Origin: a virus
Taxonomy: Duplodnaviria > Caudoviricetes
Virus record (IMG/VR): IMGVR_UViG_3300017747_001699
Location: 1 to 28,516 of that record
Strand: one strand, 5' to 3'
DNA: 28,516 nt
Part shown: piece by piece, positions 16,800-24,902 of the stretch
How positions within the stretch are numbered: the stretch's first letter is position 1
Layout: each line of letters begins with the position of its first letter
Notes under the pieces: model-generated
Told to the model about the DNA's origin: nothing
Seen by the model: the letters and a program-made list of their open reading frames with translations, nothing else
Database searches by the model: none
Translations under genes and position numbers: made by a program

Positions 16800-16827
16800 T
16801 TGCGATTTATTATTAAAGTTATATTTG
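16800..16827 (+). promoter_or_regulatory. Second early promoter
   Basis: TTG-N17-TATATTTG upstream of ATG 16853. Confidence 0.7.
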
Positions 16828-16852
16828 AAAAACAACTTAAAACAATAAAAAA

Positions 16853-17065
16853 ATGTATCAAGTAATCATTCACGAATCAGGAACTCAAGCGAAGGTGTTT
16901 GACTTTCCAACTTTAGAACTCGCTAACCAAGCGGTAGAACATCATGCAAATGAAATGAGCCTAACCTGTAACGAAGATCAAGATGGCTTTGCTTATGCCT
17001 ACGATTTGGAAGTTCCCGCTACTTCACCATTCAGAAGTGAAATATATATCTTTGAAATTGCTTAA
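16853..17065 (+). CDS. Early hypothetical protein
   Basis: 70 aa, acidic, A-rich leader. Confidence 0.75.
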   Translation: MYQVIIHESGTQAKVFDFPTLELANQAVEHHANEMSLTCNEDQDGFAYAYDLEVPATSPFRSEIYIFEIA

Positions 17066-17067
17066 CT

Positions 17068-17229
17068 ATGGAAAAGTTTTGGATATTACAACTGACATCA
17101 AGCGAACTTACCATTGTTAAGTTAGCAGTTGAAAGATACGTTAAGCAATACGCAAATGATGTATTCACTCCTCAAGAATTAGAATCTACTTTAAACGCAG
17201 TTAAAAACGTAAAACATAGAAACTTATGA
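17068..17229 (+). CDS. Hypothetical protein, 53 aa (not in track)
   Basis: MEKFWILQLTSSELTIVKLAVERY...KHRNL; starts 2 nt after the previous stop and has an ATGA overlap with the next gene. Confidence 0.65.
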   Translation: MEKFWILQLTSSELTIVKLAVERYVKQYANDVFTPQELESTLNAVKNVKHRNL

Positions 17230-17396
17230 AACTGAACTTAACTTACCCGAAAAAATTTGTATGCGTACAATCTTCAAGTTATCCAAGCGAACAACTTGAT
17301 TACAACGCACTGGCTCAACATATCGCCAATAGTGTACCGCGTAGCCCACTTGAAAGAATGGAAGACCTACTAACCGAGCGCACCTATGTACGATAA
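17226..17396 (+). CDS. Hypothetical protein, 56 aa (not in track)
   Basis: MKLNLTYPKKFVCVQSSSYP...ERTYVR; fills the gap with coupled overlaps. Confidence 0.65.
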   Translation: MKLNLTYPKKFVCVQSSSYPSEQLDYNALAQHIANSVPRSPLERMEDLLTERTYVR

Positions 17397-17613
17397 TATA
17401 AACCCACCAACAAGTATCTTCGATGGTGAACGTTGCGAAAGATGTTCCGAGATGCACTACGAAACCGAACTTTACGCGGTATGGACATCAATCGAAGATT
17501 ATGAATCATGGTGCGACAAGTGTATAAATAACCACGCAAAAGAACATCCAACCTTAAAAGAACTTTGGGCGATAGGATCAACAGACACCGAAAACAATTT
17601 AACAATTAAATAA
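17386..17613 (+). CDS. Small zinc-ribbon protein
   Basis: CERC...WCDKC. Confidence 0.7.
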   Translation: MYDNINPPTSIFDGERCERCSEMHYETELYAVWTSIEDYESWCDKCINNHAKEHPTLKELWAIGSTDTENNLTIK

Positions 17614-17621
17614 ATAAAAAG

Positions 17622-18074
17622 ATGGCTACATCAAAAATCACACACGTGCAAGGCGCGGGAACTTGGAACGACATGTTTAAATTCGAAGTTACAATGGAAA
17701 ACGGAGACACAGGTACTGTGTTCAGCAAATCACAACAACCACCCTTCGCGGTTGGTGACTCAAAGAGTTACGAGATAACCCCAAGTGGTCGCGGTCACAA
17801 GATTAAATGGGTACAGGAACAGCGTTCATTTACTCCGAGTTCCACAGGCGGGAACTACCAAGCGAATAACTCAAAGGACAAAGAGGAATCAATCGCACGT
17901 GCAGTAGCATTGAAGGCTTCAGTTGATATGAACCATTCCGAGAACCCAGCTAAAGTTATTGAGGTTGCTCAATTATTCGAAAAGTATCTATTGACTGGAG
18001 TTGGTTTAACCGATGATGCGAAAGATAACGCGAATAGTAACTCTAAAATGGATAATGACGATTTACCATTTTGA
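17622..18074 (+). CDS. Single-stranded DNA-binding protein-like
   Basis: OB-like beta N-terminus (FEVTMENGDTG, FAVGD..YE), G/S/N-rich linker, and an acidic DNDDLPF C-terminus. Confidence 0.7.
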   Translation: MATSKITHVQGAGTWNDMFKFEVTMENGDTGTVFSKSQQPPFAVGDSKSYEITPSGRGHKIKWVQEQRSFTPSSTGGNYQANNSKDKEESIARAVALKASVDMNHSENPAKVIEVAQLFEKYLLTGVGLTDDAKDNANSNSKMDNDDLPF

Positions 18075-18109
18075 ATGCACGAAACAATTAAAATTTTAAA
18101 ACCCTTATT

Positions 18110-18241
18110 ATGAACAACAAATTAGAGCAAATCTTAAAGTGTACTTTAACACAACAACAGTTACATTCTTACGATCCGCATATAGCGGAACTATTTAACC
18201 CAATCATTAACTTAATTGACAAATTAAACGATGAAAAGTAA
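18110..18241 (+). CDS. Hypothetical protein, 43 aa (not in track)
   Basis: MNNKLEQILKCTL...DKLNDEK; overlaps the next start. Confidence 0.5.
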   Translation: MNNKLEQILKCTLTQQQLHSYDPHIAELFNPIINLIDKLNDEK

Positions 18242-18464
18242 ATGGGAATTATTTGTTTTCGCTTGGTTCGGCACTACACCGAGCCTTGCGAAAGCAATGA
18301 ACATCAGTTATCCACAGGCGCAAAAGTGGACACGTTATCCGATGCTAATGCACGTGTGCGACATTACCAAGATAAGCAAGTATACTGGCATCAGTTCAAA
18401 GGAAATCGTAGAACTAATCTTGGAAAGCGAAAAAAAAACAATTAAAAACGAAGGCGATGAGTAA
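18231..18464 (+). CDS. Cro/XRE-like helix-turn-helix protein
   Basis: FGTTPSLAKAMNISYPQAQKW..YP pattern. Confidence 0.65.
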   Translation: MKSKWELFVFAWFGTTPSLAKAMNISYPQAQKWTRYPMLMHVCDITKISKYTGISSKEIVELILESEKKTIKNEGDE

Positions 18465-19080
18465 TTCTTTAATACAATTTCTTGACCGTTATAGGATTAA
18501 GAACTACCGCGAATTTCTTAACGTGTTCACCAATGAAAACGCGAAAGAACTACAACGGATGATTATTGAGAAGGAAGAAAACTACGTTTATTCCTTTGAA
18601 GATAAGGTAATTGACTTATTGTGTCGTACCCACGATGTCACACGTAAGCAGTTTTTTTCTCGGTCACGTGAACGGTTTATAATAGATGCGCGTTATATTG
18701 CGACACTTTTAATTTATGCAGGAACAAACTATTCGCTATCAAAGATTGGGCAGTTAATAGGCGGCAAAGACCACGCGACTATTTTACACGCGGTTAAAAA
18801 AATGGTTGACCTTTACCAAGTTGATTCCATCTACCGAGCCTATATAGATGAGGCGATGTTGTTACTGGATAAAGAATATGACTGTGGAACTTTAAAACAA
18901 CGATTAAATGAACGAAGAGCAATTAGAACAAGCGTTAAAATCCTTGACCTTAAGGGTACAATCACTCGAAGAGCAACTGATGTTATCGAAGTGCAAGACA
19001 CCGCGAATATCGTTTTCGCCCCCGACAATGGAGGAAGTGGCGGAATACTTTTTGGAGCGCATTCCGTTTGCGTGTTCTGA
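18457..19080 (+). CDS. DnaA C-terminal (domain IV) DNA-binding protein
   Basis: SRSRER.IIDARYIA..L....YSLSKIGQLIGGKDHATILHAVKK; no AAA+ domain. Confidence 0.9.
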   Translation: MSNSLIQFLDRYRIKNYREFLNVFTNENAKELQRMIIEKEENYVYSFEDKVIDLLCRTHDVTRKQFFSRSRERFIIDARYIATLLIYAGTNYSLSKIGQLIGGKDHATILHAVKKMVDLYQVDSIYRAYIDEAMLLLDKEYDCGTLKQRLNERRAIRTSVKILDLKGTITRRATDVIEVQDTANIVFAPDNGGSGGILFGAHSVCVF

Positions 19081-19285
19081 TGATGCGCTTAACTTTGCAG
19101 AAGTATTTATAAGCCATTACACTAATACTAATTGGTACTATGGCAAAAAGAAAATGAAAGATTGGAAGGCGGCGATGAGATCCGCTTGGAAACTTCACGA
19201 ATTTGTAACAACTAAAAACAATAACTATGAATCAAAACTTGGTAGAGTACAAAGGGCAGACCTACAACAATGGCTTGACAGTTGA
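18908..19285 (+). CDS. Replication initiator-like protein (DnaD-like C-terminal domain only)
   Basis: FSPPTMEEV..YF...AEVFISHY...NWYYGKKKMKDWKAAMRSAW, with an N-terminal coiled coil. Confidence 0.75.
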   Translation: MNEEQLEQALKSLTLRVQSLEEQLMLSKCKTPRISFSPPTMEEVAEYFLERIPFACSDDALNFAEVFISHYTNTNWYYGKKKMKDWKAAMRSAWKLHEFVTTKNNNYESKLGRVQRADLQQWLDS

Positions 19286-20000
19286 CGAGAAAGCCTATTT
19301 ACACGCACTTGAACAAACGCAAATCCAAGACAGCACGTTACCGATGTTCAAAGCTTTAATTGCCAAAGGAATTGTAATCAGTGGAATCAAAGAACTACCT
19401 TCAGCAGAAGAAACGCAGTTGCTATACGACACAACGCAGCAGTTCTACAGGTTCTTTACCATTGGCGAACTTGGTTTAGCCTTCCAACTTAACGCAGTTG
19501 GGCAAACGTGGAAACGTGTGGAACATTATGGCTTGATGTCCATTCAATTCTTAAGTGATGTCTTGAATGCGTATAAGATTCACAAGATGCAAATGAACTT
19601 GGACATCGAAAGAAAGAAAGCAAAGTTGGTAATCGGTACAACAACGCAAGACGATGAGCCAGTAGATTTCAAAGAGATGTTCTTAACTGATATTCAAAGG
19701 TGGAAAGATGGAAAGAGAATCGAAGTTAGTTTACTCGCGCCTTCGATGATGCGGATGATGGAAAAAAGAGAACTGATAAATGTTGAATGGTGGAGTGATG
19801 AAGATTGGAAAAAGTTTAGATTCTTATCTTACCAAGAACTGACAAACGAAAGAAACCTATCGAACTTTGCGATTACCCGGATGAAGTCAAAAGAAAAGTC
19901 GGATTTCGAACACGATGTTAGACAAGGAATAATGCGCCATTTATATGCTGACATTATGGATAGTCATATACTACAACAACGAATAATTGAGAAGTTATGA
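19227..20000 (+). CDS. Putative replication protein (helicase-loader position)
   Basis: Follows the initiator; TIGELGLAFQL...EHYG.MS..FL..VL.AY pattern. Function inferred from position only. Confidence 0.5.
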   Translation: MNQNLVEYKGQTYNNGLTVDEKAYLHALEQTQIQDSTLPMFKALIAKGIVISGIKELPSAEETQLLYDTTQQFYRFFTIGELGLAFQLNAVGQTWKRVEHYGLMSIQFLSDVLNAYKIHKMQMNLDIERKKAKLVIGTTTQDDEPVDFKEMFLTDIQRWKDGKRIEVSLLAPSMMRMMEKRELINVEWWSDEDWKKFRFLSYQELTNERNLSNFAITRMKSKEKSDFEHDVRQGIMRHLYADIMDSHILQQRIIEKL

Positions 20001-20380
20001 GTGAAGAAGAATTGTATTACGAAGAAGATTTGAATGTTCAAAGTGATTTTGAATGGAATGAACACGGTGTGTGTGTGAATGAAAAGTTATGTACTTTCAA
20101 ATGCATTAAAAAATTTACCGCACAAGTTAAATGGGCTAAGAATACAAATAACCGTTGGGTGTATGGATTAACTTTTTCCGGAATGAATCAAGGATGGAGT
20201 GAGCCAGTGCTGAATCATTCAAACGGATATGAGACAGAGGATGAAGCATATTTTGCAAGTGTGAATCGATTGGTTTATTTGATTGGTAATAACAATGATC
20301 ACTGCAAATATGATGGTATTTTGCGGATGCTATGTGATGAATTGCCAACTGAAACAACCAACCAACTAACTTTATTCTAA
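19997..20380 (+). CDS. Hypothetical protein with C-terminal QLTLF
   Basis: 127 aa, coupled to both neighbours. Confidence 0.7.
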   Translation: MSEEELYYEEDLNVQSDFEWNEHGVCVNEKLCTFKCIKKFTAQVKWAKNTNNRWVYGLTFSGMNQGWSEPVLNHSNGYETEDEAYFASVNRLVYLIGNNNDHCKYDGILRMLCDELPTETTNQLTLF

Positions 20381-21669
20381 TGATACAATTCCACGATAAA
20401 CAAAAAGAAGCCTTGAACCACTTATCTATTGACTCGGATAAGTGGCAAGTGCTTTATGGCGGATCAGCAGGAAGCGGAAAAAGTTTTCTCGGTTGTGATT
20501 GGCAAATAAAAAGGCGGTTAAAGTACGCAGGTACTCGCGGTCTTATTGGTCGTGCGGAACTTAAGAAGTTGCGATTAAGTACAATGGCTACTTTCTTTGA
20601 GTTATGCGCTAACTATGGGTTAGTGCCTGGCAAACATTACACGTATAACGGTCAAGACCACGTTATAAATTGGTTCAATGGAAGTCAAACTATTCTAATG
20701 GATTTGGCTGATATGCCATCAGATCCAGAATTCCAGCGGTTCGGGTCGATTGAGGTTACAGACTACTTCGTTGACGAGGCAGGTGAGGTAAGTGAAAAGT
20801 GTATTGCTATTTTAGCTTCGCGCGTACGTTATAAACTAATAAACGATAAGCCGAAAGGATTATTAACCTGCAACCCACATAAAGGATGGTTATACAATGA
20901 GTTTTACGATGCTAAACGTAATGGTAGTTTAAGACAAGACCGAGAATTTATACAAGCCTTGCCAACTGATAATCCTCATATCTCACCTGTATATCTCGAA
21001 AACTTGCGAATGCTACCCGAGATTGACCGAAAAAGGCTTTTAGATGGGGATTGGGACTATGACGAAACGCAAGACAGGCTTTACCATTACGATGATTTGT
21101 TGAGGTGTTTTAGAGAACCACAACAAAAGAACACAACTAAATACATCACTGCGGATATTGCGCGTATGGGGGATGATAGAACTGTGATTGTACTTTGGGA
21201 TGGGTTACACGCGGATAAATTTGTAGTATTAAAACATAAGCCAATTAACGAAGTAGTGGACACGATTCGACAAATGGCTCAAAGCAATGGTGTGTTATTG
21301 TCCAATGTTTTGGTGGATGAAGATGGAATCGGTGGTGGTGCTGTTGACTTCTTAAAGTGCAAAGGGTTTCTTAACGGATCAAAATCAGTTCGTGAAAACT
21401 ACCTTAACTTAAAGTCCGATTGCTACTTTAAATTAGGTGAACTAATTACCAACAACTCAATCACATTTAACTCACAGCACAAGGACACGATTGTAAAAGA
21501 ACTTGAAATGATTAGGCGCGAGAAACTGGATAGCGACCAAAAACTGCGAGTGACTAACAAAGAAGATTTAAAGAAACGTTTTGGAATGTCGCCCGATTTT
21601 GCTGATGCCATTATGATGCGCTCGTTTTATGAATTAAAAAAGAATTTTGGAAAATATGCCTTCGCTTAA
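20380..21669 (+). CDS. terL: Terminase large subunit
   Basis: Walker A YGGSAGSGKS, Walker B YFVDEAGE, coupling motif TCNP, and RNase H-like ADIARMGDD, VDEDGIGGG and SPDFADA. Confidence 0.95.
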   Translation: MIQFHDKQKEALNHLSIDSDKWQVLYGGSAGSGKSFLGCDWQIKRRLKYAGTRGLIGRAELKKLRLSTMATFFELCANYGLVPGKHYTYNGQDHVINWFNGSQTILMDLADMPSDPEFQRFGSIEVTDYFVDEAGEVSEKCIAILASRVRYKLINDKPKGLLTCNPHKGWLYNEFYDAKRNGSLRQDREFIQALPTDNPHISPVYLENLRMLPEIDRKRLLDGDWDYDETQDRLYHYDDLLRCFREPQQKNTTKYITADIARMGDDRTVIVLWDGLHADKFVVLKHKPINEVVDTIRQMAQSNGVLLSNVLVDEDGIGGGAVDFLKCKGFLNGSKSVRENYLNLKSDCYFKLGELITNNSITFNSQHKDTIVKELEMIRREKLDSDQKLRVTNKEDLKKRFGMSPDFADAIMMRSFYELKKNFGKYAFA

Positions 21670-21678
21670 TTATATTTG
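21646..21678 (+). promoter_or_regulatory. Primary-sigma promoter at the end of terL
   Basis: TTTG-N21-TATATTTG, 5 nt before ATG 21684. Confidence 0.8.
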
Positions 21679-21683
21679 CAACT

Positions 21684-21833
21684 ATGAAAATGAATGAACT
21701 AATTAAAATGAAAGCCGAAATGTACGCGATGTACAACGGTGAACAAATGGACAATGCGCGTTATTTCGCGTTTATTGAAGGTGCGAGATATGCGCTTGAA
21801 CTATTAAAAGAACAAATTGAAGATGAACTTTAA
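21684..21833 (+). CDS. Hypothetical protein, 49 aa (not in track)
   Basis: MKMNELIKMKAEMYA...YFAFIEGARYALELLKEQIEDEL, directly after a promoter. Confidence 0.7.
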   Translation: MKMNELIKMKAEMYAMYNGEQMDNARYFAFIEGARYALELLKEQIEDEL

Positions 21834-21901
21834 AACAACACCCGAGCAGGTATAAAACATTTATAACAATCGGTATTATACCTTATAGGGTAAAAACTAA
21901 A

Positions 21902-22252
21902 ATGATGAACAACAAACTATCAAAGAGTGACCTTGAAAAAATCAAGGTTCTTAACCTGTTAATGTGGACACAGGCGACACTTTACGCATCCGATGAATGT
22001 GAACCGATTAAATGGTTCTACAACCATCAAACGAAGATGCTGATGAAACGGTTAAATGAGTCCATCCAACGTGAACACGGTAAGACAATAACAGCACTTT
22101 GGGAAACTGATGGAGCGACACTTCCCGATATCACTAAACACCTTGAAGATTTCACTTATGAAATGGCAACCTATGGTTACTGGATGCTACCCGAACTGAT
22201 TAAATTGATCCAAGATGCAAAAGAAAATCAACCAAAACTTGAAGTAATATGA
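21902..22252 (+). CDS. Hypothetical protein
   Basis: 116 aa, A-rich leader. Confidence 0.75.
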   Translation: MMNNKLSKSDLEKIKVLNLLMWTQATLYASDECEPIKWFYNHQTKMLMKRLNESIQREHGKTITALWETDGATLPDITKHLEDFTYEMATYGYWMLPELIKLIQDAKENQPKLEVI

Positions 22253-22461
22253 ATATAACACACGATTTCGACAACTGCCAAAGTGATGTCTATAAAGAAG
22301 TAATAACCGACCTTATCTCACGCGAGAAAATGGGCAGGGCTAAATACGGAACAACTGTAGACAAGGCGAATCTATCCGAGAAAGAATGGTTACACCACGC
22401 GTATGAAGAGGCACTTGATATGGCTATCTACTTAAAACGTATAATGTCGCTAAAAAAATAG
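22249..22461 (+). CDS. Small helical phage protein (possibly MazG/dUTPase-fold-like)
   Basis: R..MG..KYGTT.D..L...EWL.HAYEEALDMAIYL; the fold assignment is tentative. Confidence 0.6.
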   Translation: MNITHDFDNCQSDVYKEVITDLISREKMGRAKYGTTVDKANLSEKEWLHHAYEEALDMAIYLKRIMSLKK

Positions 22462-22801
22462 CATTTAAACCGATTGAATAAAGAGTGGCTTTTCGCCACT
22501 TTTTTTTATGCCTAATCTCTTTGTCTAATGATTCATTTAAAGTTGAAATTTGAGCCTCTTTTCGACCTAATTCAACCTCATTTAATTCTATTATCTGACG
22601 TTGTGAATTGATGACCTTGTTATTTATCTTATCCAAGCTTACGTAGTAATCAAGTGACTTTACACCTAATACAACAAGCCTACGTTCAATGCTTAAAGAA
22701 TCCAGAGCCTTCGAGTTGCTGAAGCCTATTGATTGCTTTTGTGTATGCGCTATCAATGGCAATGCTGTCAAGCAAATAAATAGTATCAATTTGTTTTTCA
22801 T
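22424..22801 (-). CDS. Spanin-like subunit: signal peptide, coiled coil, C-terminal TM (probable start MKNKLILF)
   Basis: MKNKLILFICLTALPLIAHT/Q, a heptad region, then KKKWRK and the hydrophobic ATLYSIGLNAIFLATLYVL; last gene of the lysis cassette. Confidence 0.55.
   Translation of the reverse strand: MKNKLILFICLTALPLIAHTQKQSIGFSNSKALDSLSIERRLVVLGVKSLDYYVSLDKINNKVINSQRQIIELNEVELGRKEAQISTLNESLDKEIRHKKKWRKATLYSIGLNAIFLATLYVLSR
22480..22507 (+). terminator. Intrinsic terminator of the rightward arm
   Basis: AGUGGC-UUUUC-GCCACU followed by U7, about 20 nt after stop 22461, embedded antisense in the spanin gene. Confidence 0.85.
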
Positions 22802-22994
22802 AAATCGTTTTGGTTTTGATCCGTTCCACCTCCAAAGTGTCAATGGTTGCCTTTAATACAACAACAGTATCCGAATAGGTTACAATTTGTACCCTGTTTG
22901 ATTTGCCTGAATTTTTCCAAAAATTACAACACCAACCGCTAATAAATGCGACCGTCATTAACGCGATAATTCTTAACGTGAAATTCTTTTCCAT
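22686..22994 (-). CDS. Spanin-like subunit with N-terminal membrane anchor / possible lipoprotein
   Basis: Hydrophobic IIALMTVAFISGW followed by CC, and DTVVV/DTIY repeats; overlaps the downstream subunit. Confidence 0.55.
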   Translation of the reverse strand: MEKNFTLRIIALMTVAFISGWCCNFWKNSGKSNRVQIVTYSDTVVVLKATIDTLEVERIKTKTIYEKQIDTIYLLDSIAIDSAYTKAINRLQQLEGSGFFKH

Positions 22995-23925
22995 TGCCTC
23001 TGGTTATTATTGCGAATCCGTGATTGTATTTTGAGTAAGGGTTATAATCGGGACTTAATTCACTTAAGCAACCCACACCCCAACAGGTTATCACCTTGCC
23101 ATTGACATCGCGTTCCGTGTGTTCCGCAGTTTGGTGATGATGTCCACACATTGCGTTTGCTTTTGTCTTTAAAAACAATCCACGCGCAACGTTTACACTT
23201 GGCAAAAATTGCTTACCGAATTCGTGACCGTGAAATAAAGACAAACCGCCAATGTTAATCTTGTTCTTTCCCTCAATCCATTTAATATCGTATTTATCTA
23301 AATGGCAAAGTGTAGCAAAATCGAACGCATCAATGTCGAATAGTTCGGGCGCTTTAACGCGCATATATCTCCAATACCTTTCTTCATGGTTGCCTTCTTT
23401 ATAGATTATCTCTGCATTTGGGAACGTTTGTCTCAACTCATAAACGAAGGTTCGCATTGCGTAAAGTTCATCTTTAAACTTGCGTTTCTTTGGATCCTTT
23501 ACAAAGTCACTAATCATATGACAATCGAGTGCATCACCATTCAAGATAACCGTATCAACTCCTTCCTGTAATCCCGTTTCAATGGCTACACTCAACGCAT
23601 CAATGTCGTGATAAGGAATATGGACATCTGACAATATCAAAATCTTTTTGCCTTTAACATCAATATGCTTTCGACCTTTCGCGTATGACTTCGGAAGTTT
23701 AAATGGGTTCTTTGGTCTTTCTTTTTCCATTACCAAAGATTTATCTTTTGGTGTATTACCATTCTTTCCCTCAATCCTGCGCAACGCATCACGCGCATCT
23801 TCAACACCTAAAAAAGTTTCAAAGTGTTCTTTGCTTAACTTCTTTGCAAGTGTTAGAGTTGGTGTGTTGGGAAACTTCGCGCGAACTTCACGCGCTAACT
23901 TTGTTTTTGCTGATTCTTTTGACAT
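22939..23925 (-). CDS. Calcineurin-like metallophosphoesterase with N-terminal HTH-like domain
   Basis: SDVH, GDALD, GNHE, HGH and GHHH motifs. Confidence 0.9.
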   Translation of the reverse strand: MSKESAKTKLAREVRAKFPNTPTLTLAKKLSKEHFETFLGVEDARDALRRIEGKNGNTPKDKSLVMEKERPKNPFKLPKSYAKGRKHIDVKGKKILILSDVHIPYHDIDALSVAIETGLQEGVDTVILNGDALDCHMISDFVKDPKKRKFKDELYAMRTFVYELRQTFPNAEIIYKEGNHEERYWRYMRVKAPELFDIDAFDFATLCHLDKYDIKWIEGKNKINIGGLSLFHGHEFGKQFLPSVNVARGLFLKTKANAMCGHHHQTAEHTERDVNGKVITCWGVGCLSELSPDYNPYSKYNHGFAIITRGNGKEFHVKNYRVNDGRIY

Positions 23926-23927
23926 AT

Positions 23928-24389
23928 TTAGAAGGGTTGGTAAACAGTTTTTCCGCCAATTTTAACCGCACGTAAAACCTGCTTTCTGTTGTTCCCTTCA
24001 TTGTAGCTTACGTGAACCCAATCAGGATGTTTTTCAGTTCCAAATTCCCAAATGAGTTGGTCGAAAGTACAACTTTTTCTAATATATTCAAAAATTAATT
24101 TGTTACTTATGCCCCCGAAGATGTCACCATCAATATCCAAAGCCTTGCCTTGACAATGCTGCGATGATTTACTACCACCGATTTTGGCATTTAATTCAAC
24201 TGACCTAAAGCCACTACTTATCCCGATAGGCTTTCCGAAGTGTTCGCGTAGTGGATCAAAGATTTTAGTACATACCAAACGTAAATTATTTAATTGCTCT
24301 GCGTTTGGAATGTTAGCCAACTTTAACGCAGTCGCTTGGTTGCTCTTTGTGACTTCTGCATAGGTCACGTACTTACTTATTTTTTCCAT
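23928..24389 (-). CDS. Endolysin, peptidase M15A family
   Basis: ISSGFRS..LN..IGG...SQH..G.ALD...WVHVSY. Confidence 0.92.
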   Translation of the reverse strand: MEKISKYVTYAEVTKSNQATALKLANIPNAEQLNNLRLVCTKIFDPLREHFGKPIGISSGFRSVELNAKIGGSKSSQHCQGKALDIDGDIFGGISNKLIFEYIRKSCTFDQLIWEFGTEKHPDWVHVSYNEGNNRKQVLRAVKIGGKTVYQPF

Positions 24390-24786
24390 CGGTCATTGCA
24401 TCGGTTATATCTTCGCTCTTTCTACCTATAATAGTTTTTATTCTACTCCAAAGGTCTTTGCCAGTAACCGATTCAATCGATTCAATGATTGACTTAAATT
24501 CGATTACCGCTATAACGGTTGCAACCAATTTAGTAATTGGTATAAGTTCAGCAATGATAAAAGATTCAATTAAGAACCCACTCATTATTGCGATTTGATA
24601 CAATAAAAGTTTTGTGATAGTATCACTCATCCTGCGTGAACGAATACGTTGTTTCAACTTCAATGCCTTCCAAATACCTACAACCATATCCGCACCAACC
24701 AAGAAACCAATGGTTAACATCAGTTCCTTAATTGGTAGGAATACCGCAAGACCTGCCAAAAACCAAATCTTACCTTTCAAAAACAT
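24373..24786 (-). CDS. Holin (Phage_holin_4_1-like; probable start MFLKGK)
   Basis: Three hydrophobic segments, D.VVGIWKA...I.SR.M..T..K and IEFKSI.E; immediately upstream of the endolysin. Confidence 0.85.
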   Translation of the reverse strand: MFLKGKIWFLAGLAVFLPIKELMLTIGFLVGADMVVGIWKALKLKQRIRSRRMSDTITKLLLYQIAIMSGFLIESFIIAELIPITKLVATVIAVIEFKSIIESIESVTGKDLWSRIKTIIGRKSEDITDAMTDGKNK

Positions 24787-24794
24787 AAACTCTT

Positions 24795-24902
24795 TCAACT
24801 CTTTTTAACTTTAGCTTGTTGTTTTTTAAGATAAACTTTTAACATTTTCTCGTACTGCTCTCGCTTTAGTACGTAGGTGGTAGGAAGTTTTGAATTGACC
24901 AT
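24795..24902 (-). CDS. Small basic protein, 35 aa (not in track)
   Basis: MVNSKLPTTYVLKREQYEKMLKVYLKKQQAKVKKS fills the gap between adaptor and holin. Confidence 0.45.
   Translation of the reverse strand: MVNSKLPTTYVLKREQYEKMLKVYLKKQQAKVKKS

Noticed and set aside
18308-18316. Perfect DnaA box TTATCCACA upstream of the DnaA-like gene
   Set aside because: A single copy inside a CDS; my rough estimate is about 0.3-0.4 chance occurrences per genome, and I saw no cluster.
22686-22801. Frameshift fusing the two spanin-like ORFs into one protein
   Set aside because: It would need a +1 shift with no convincing slippery site, and the second ORF has its own ATG and signal peptide.
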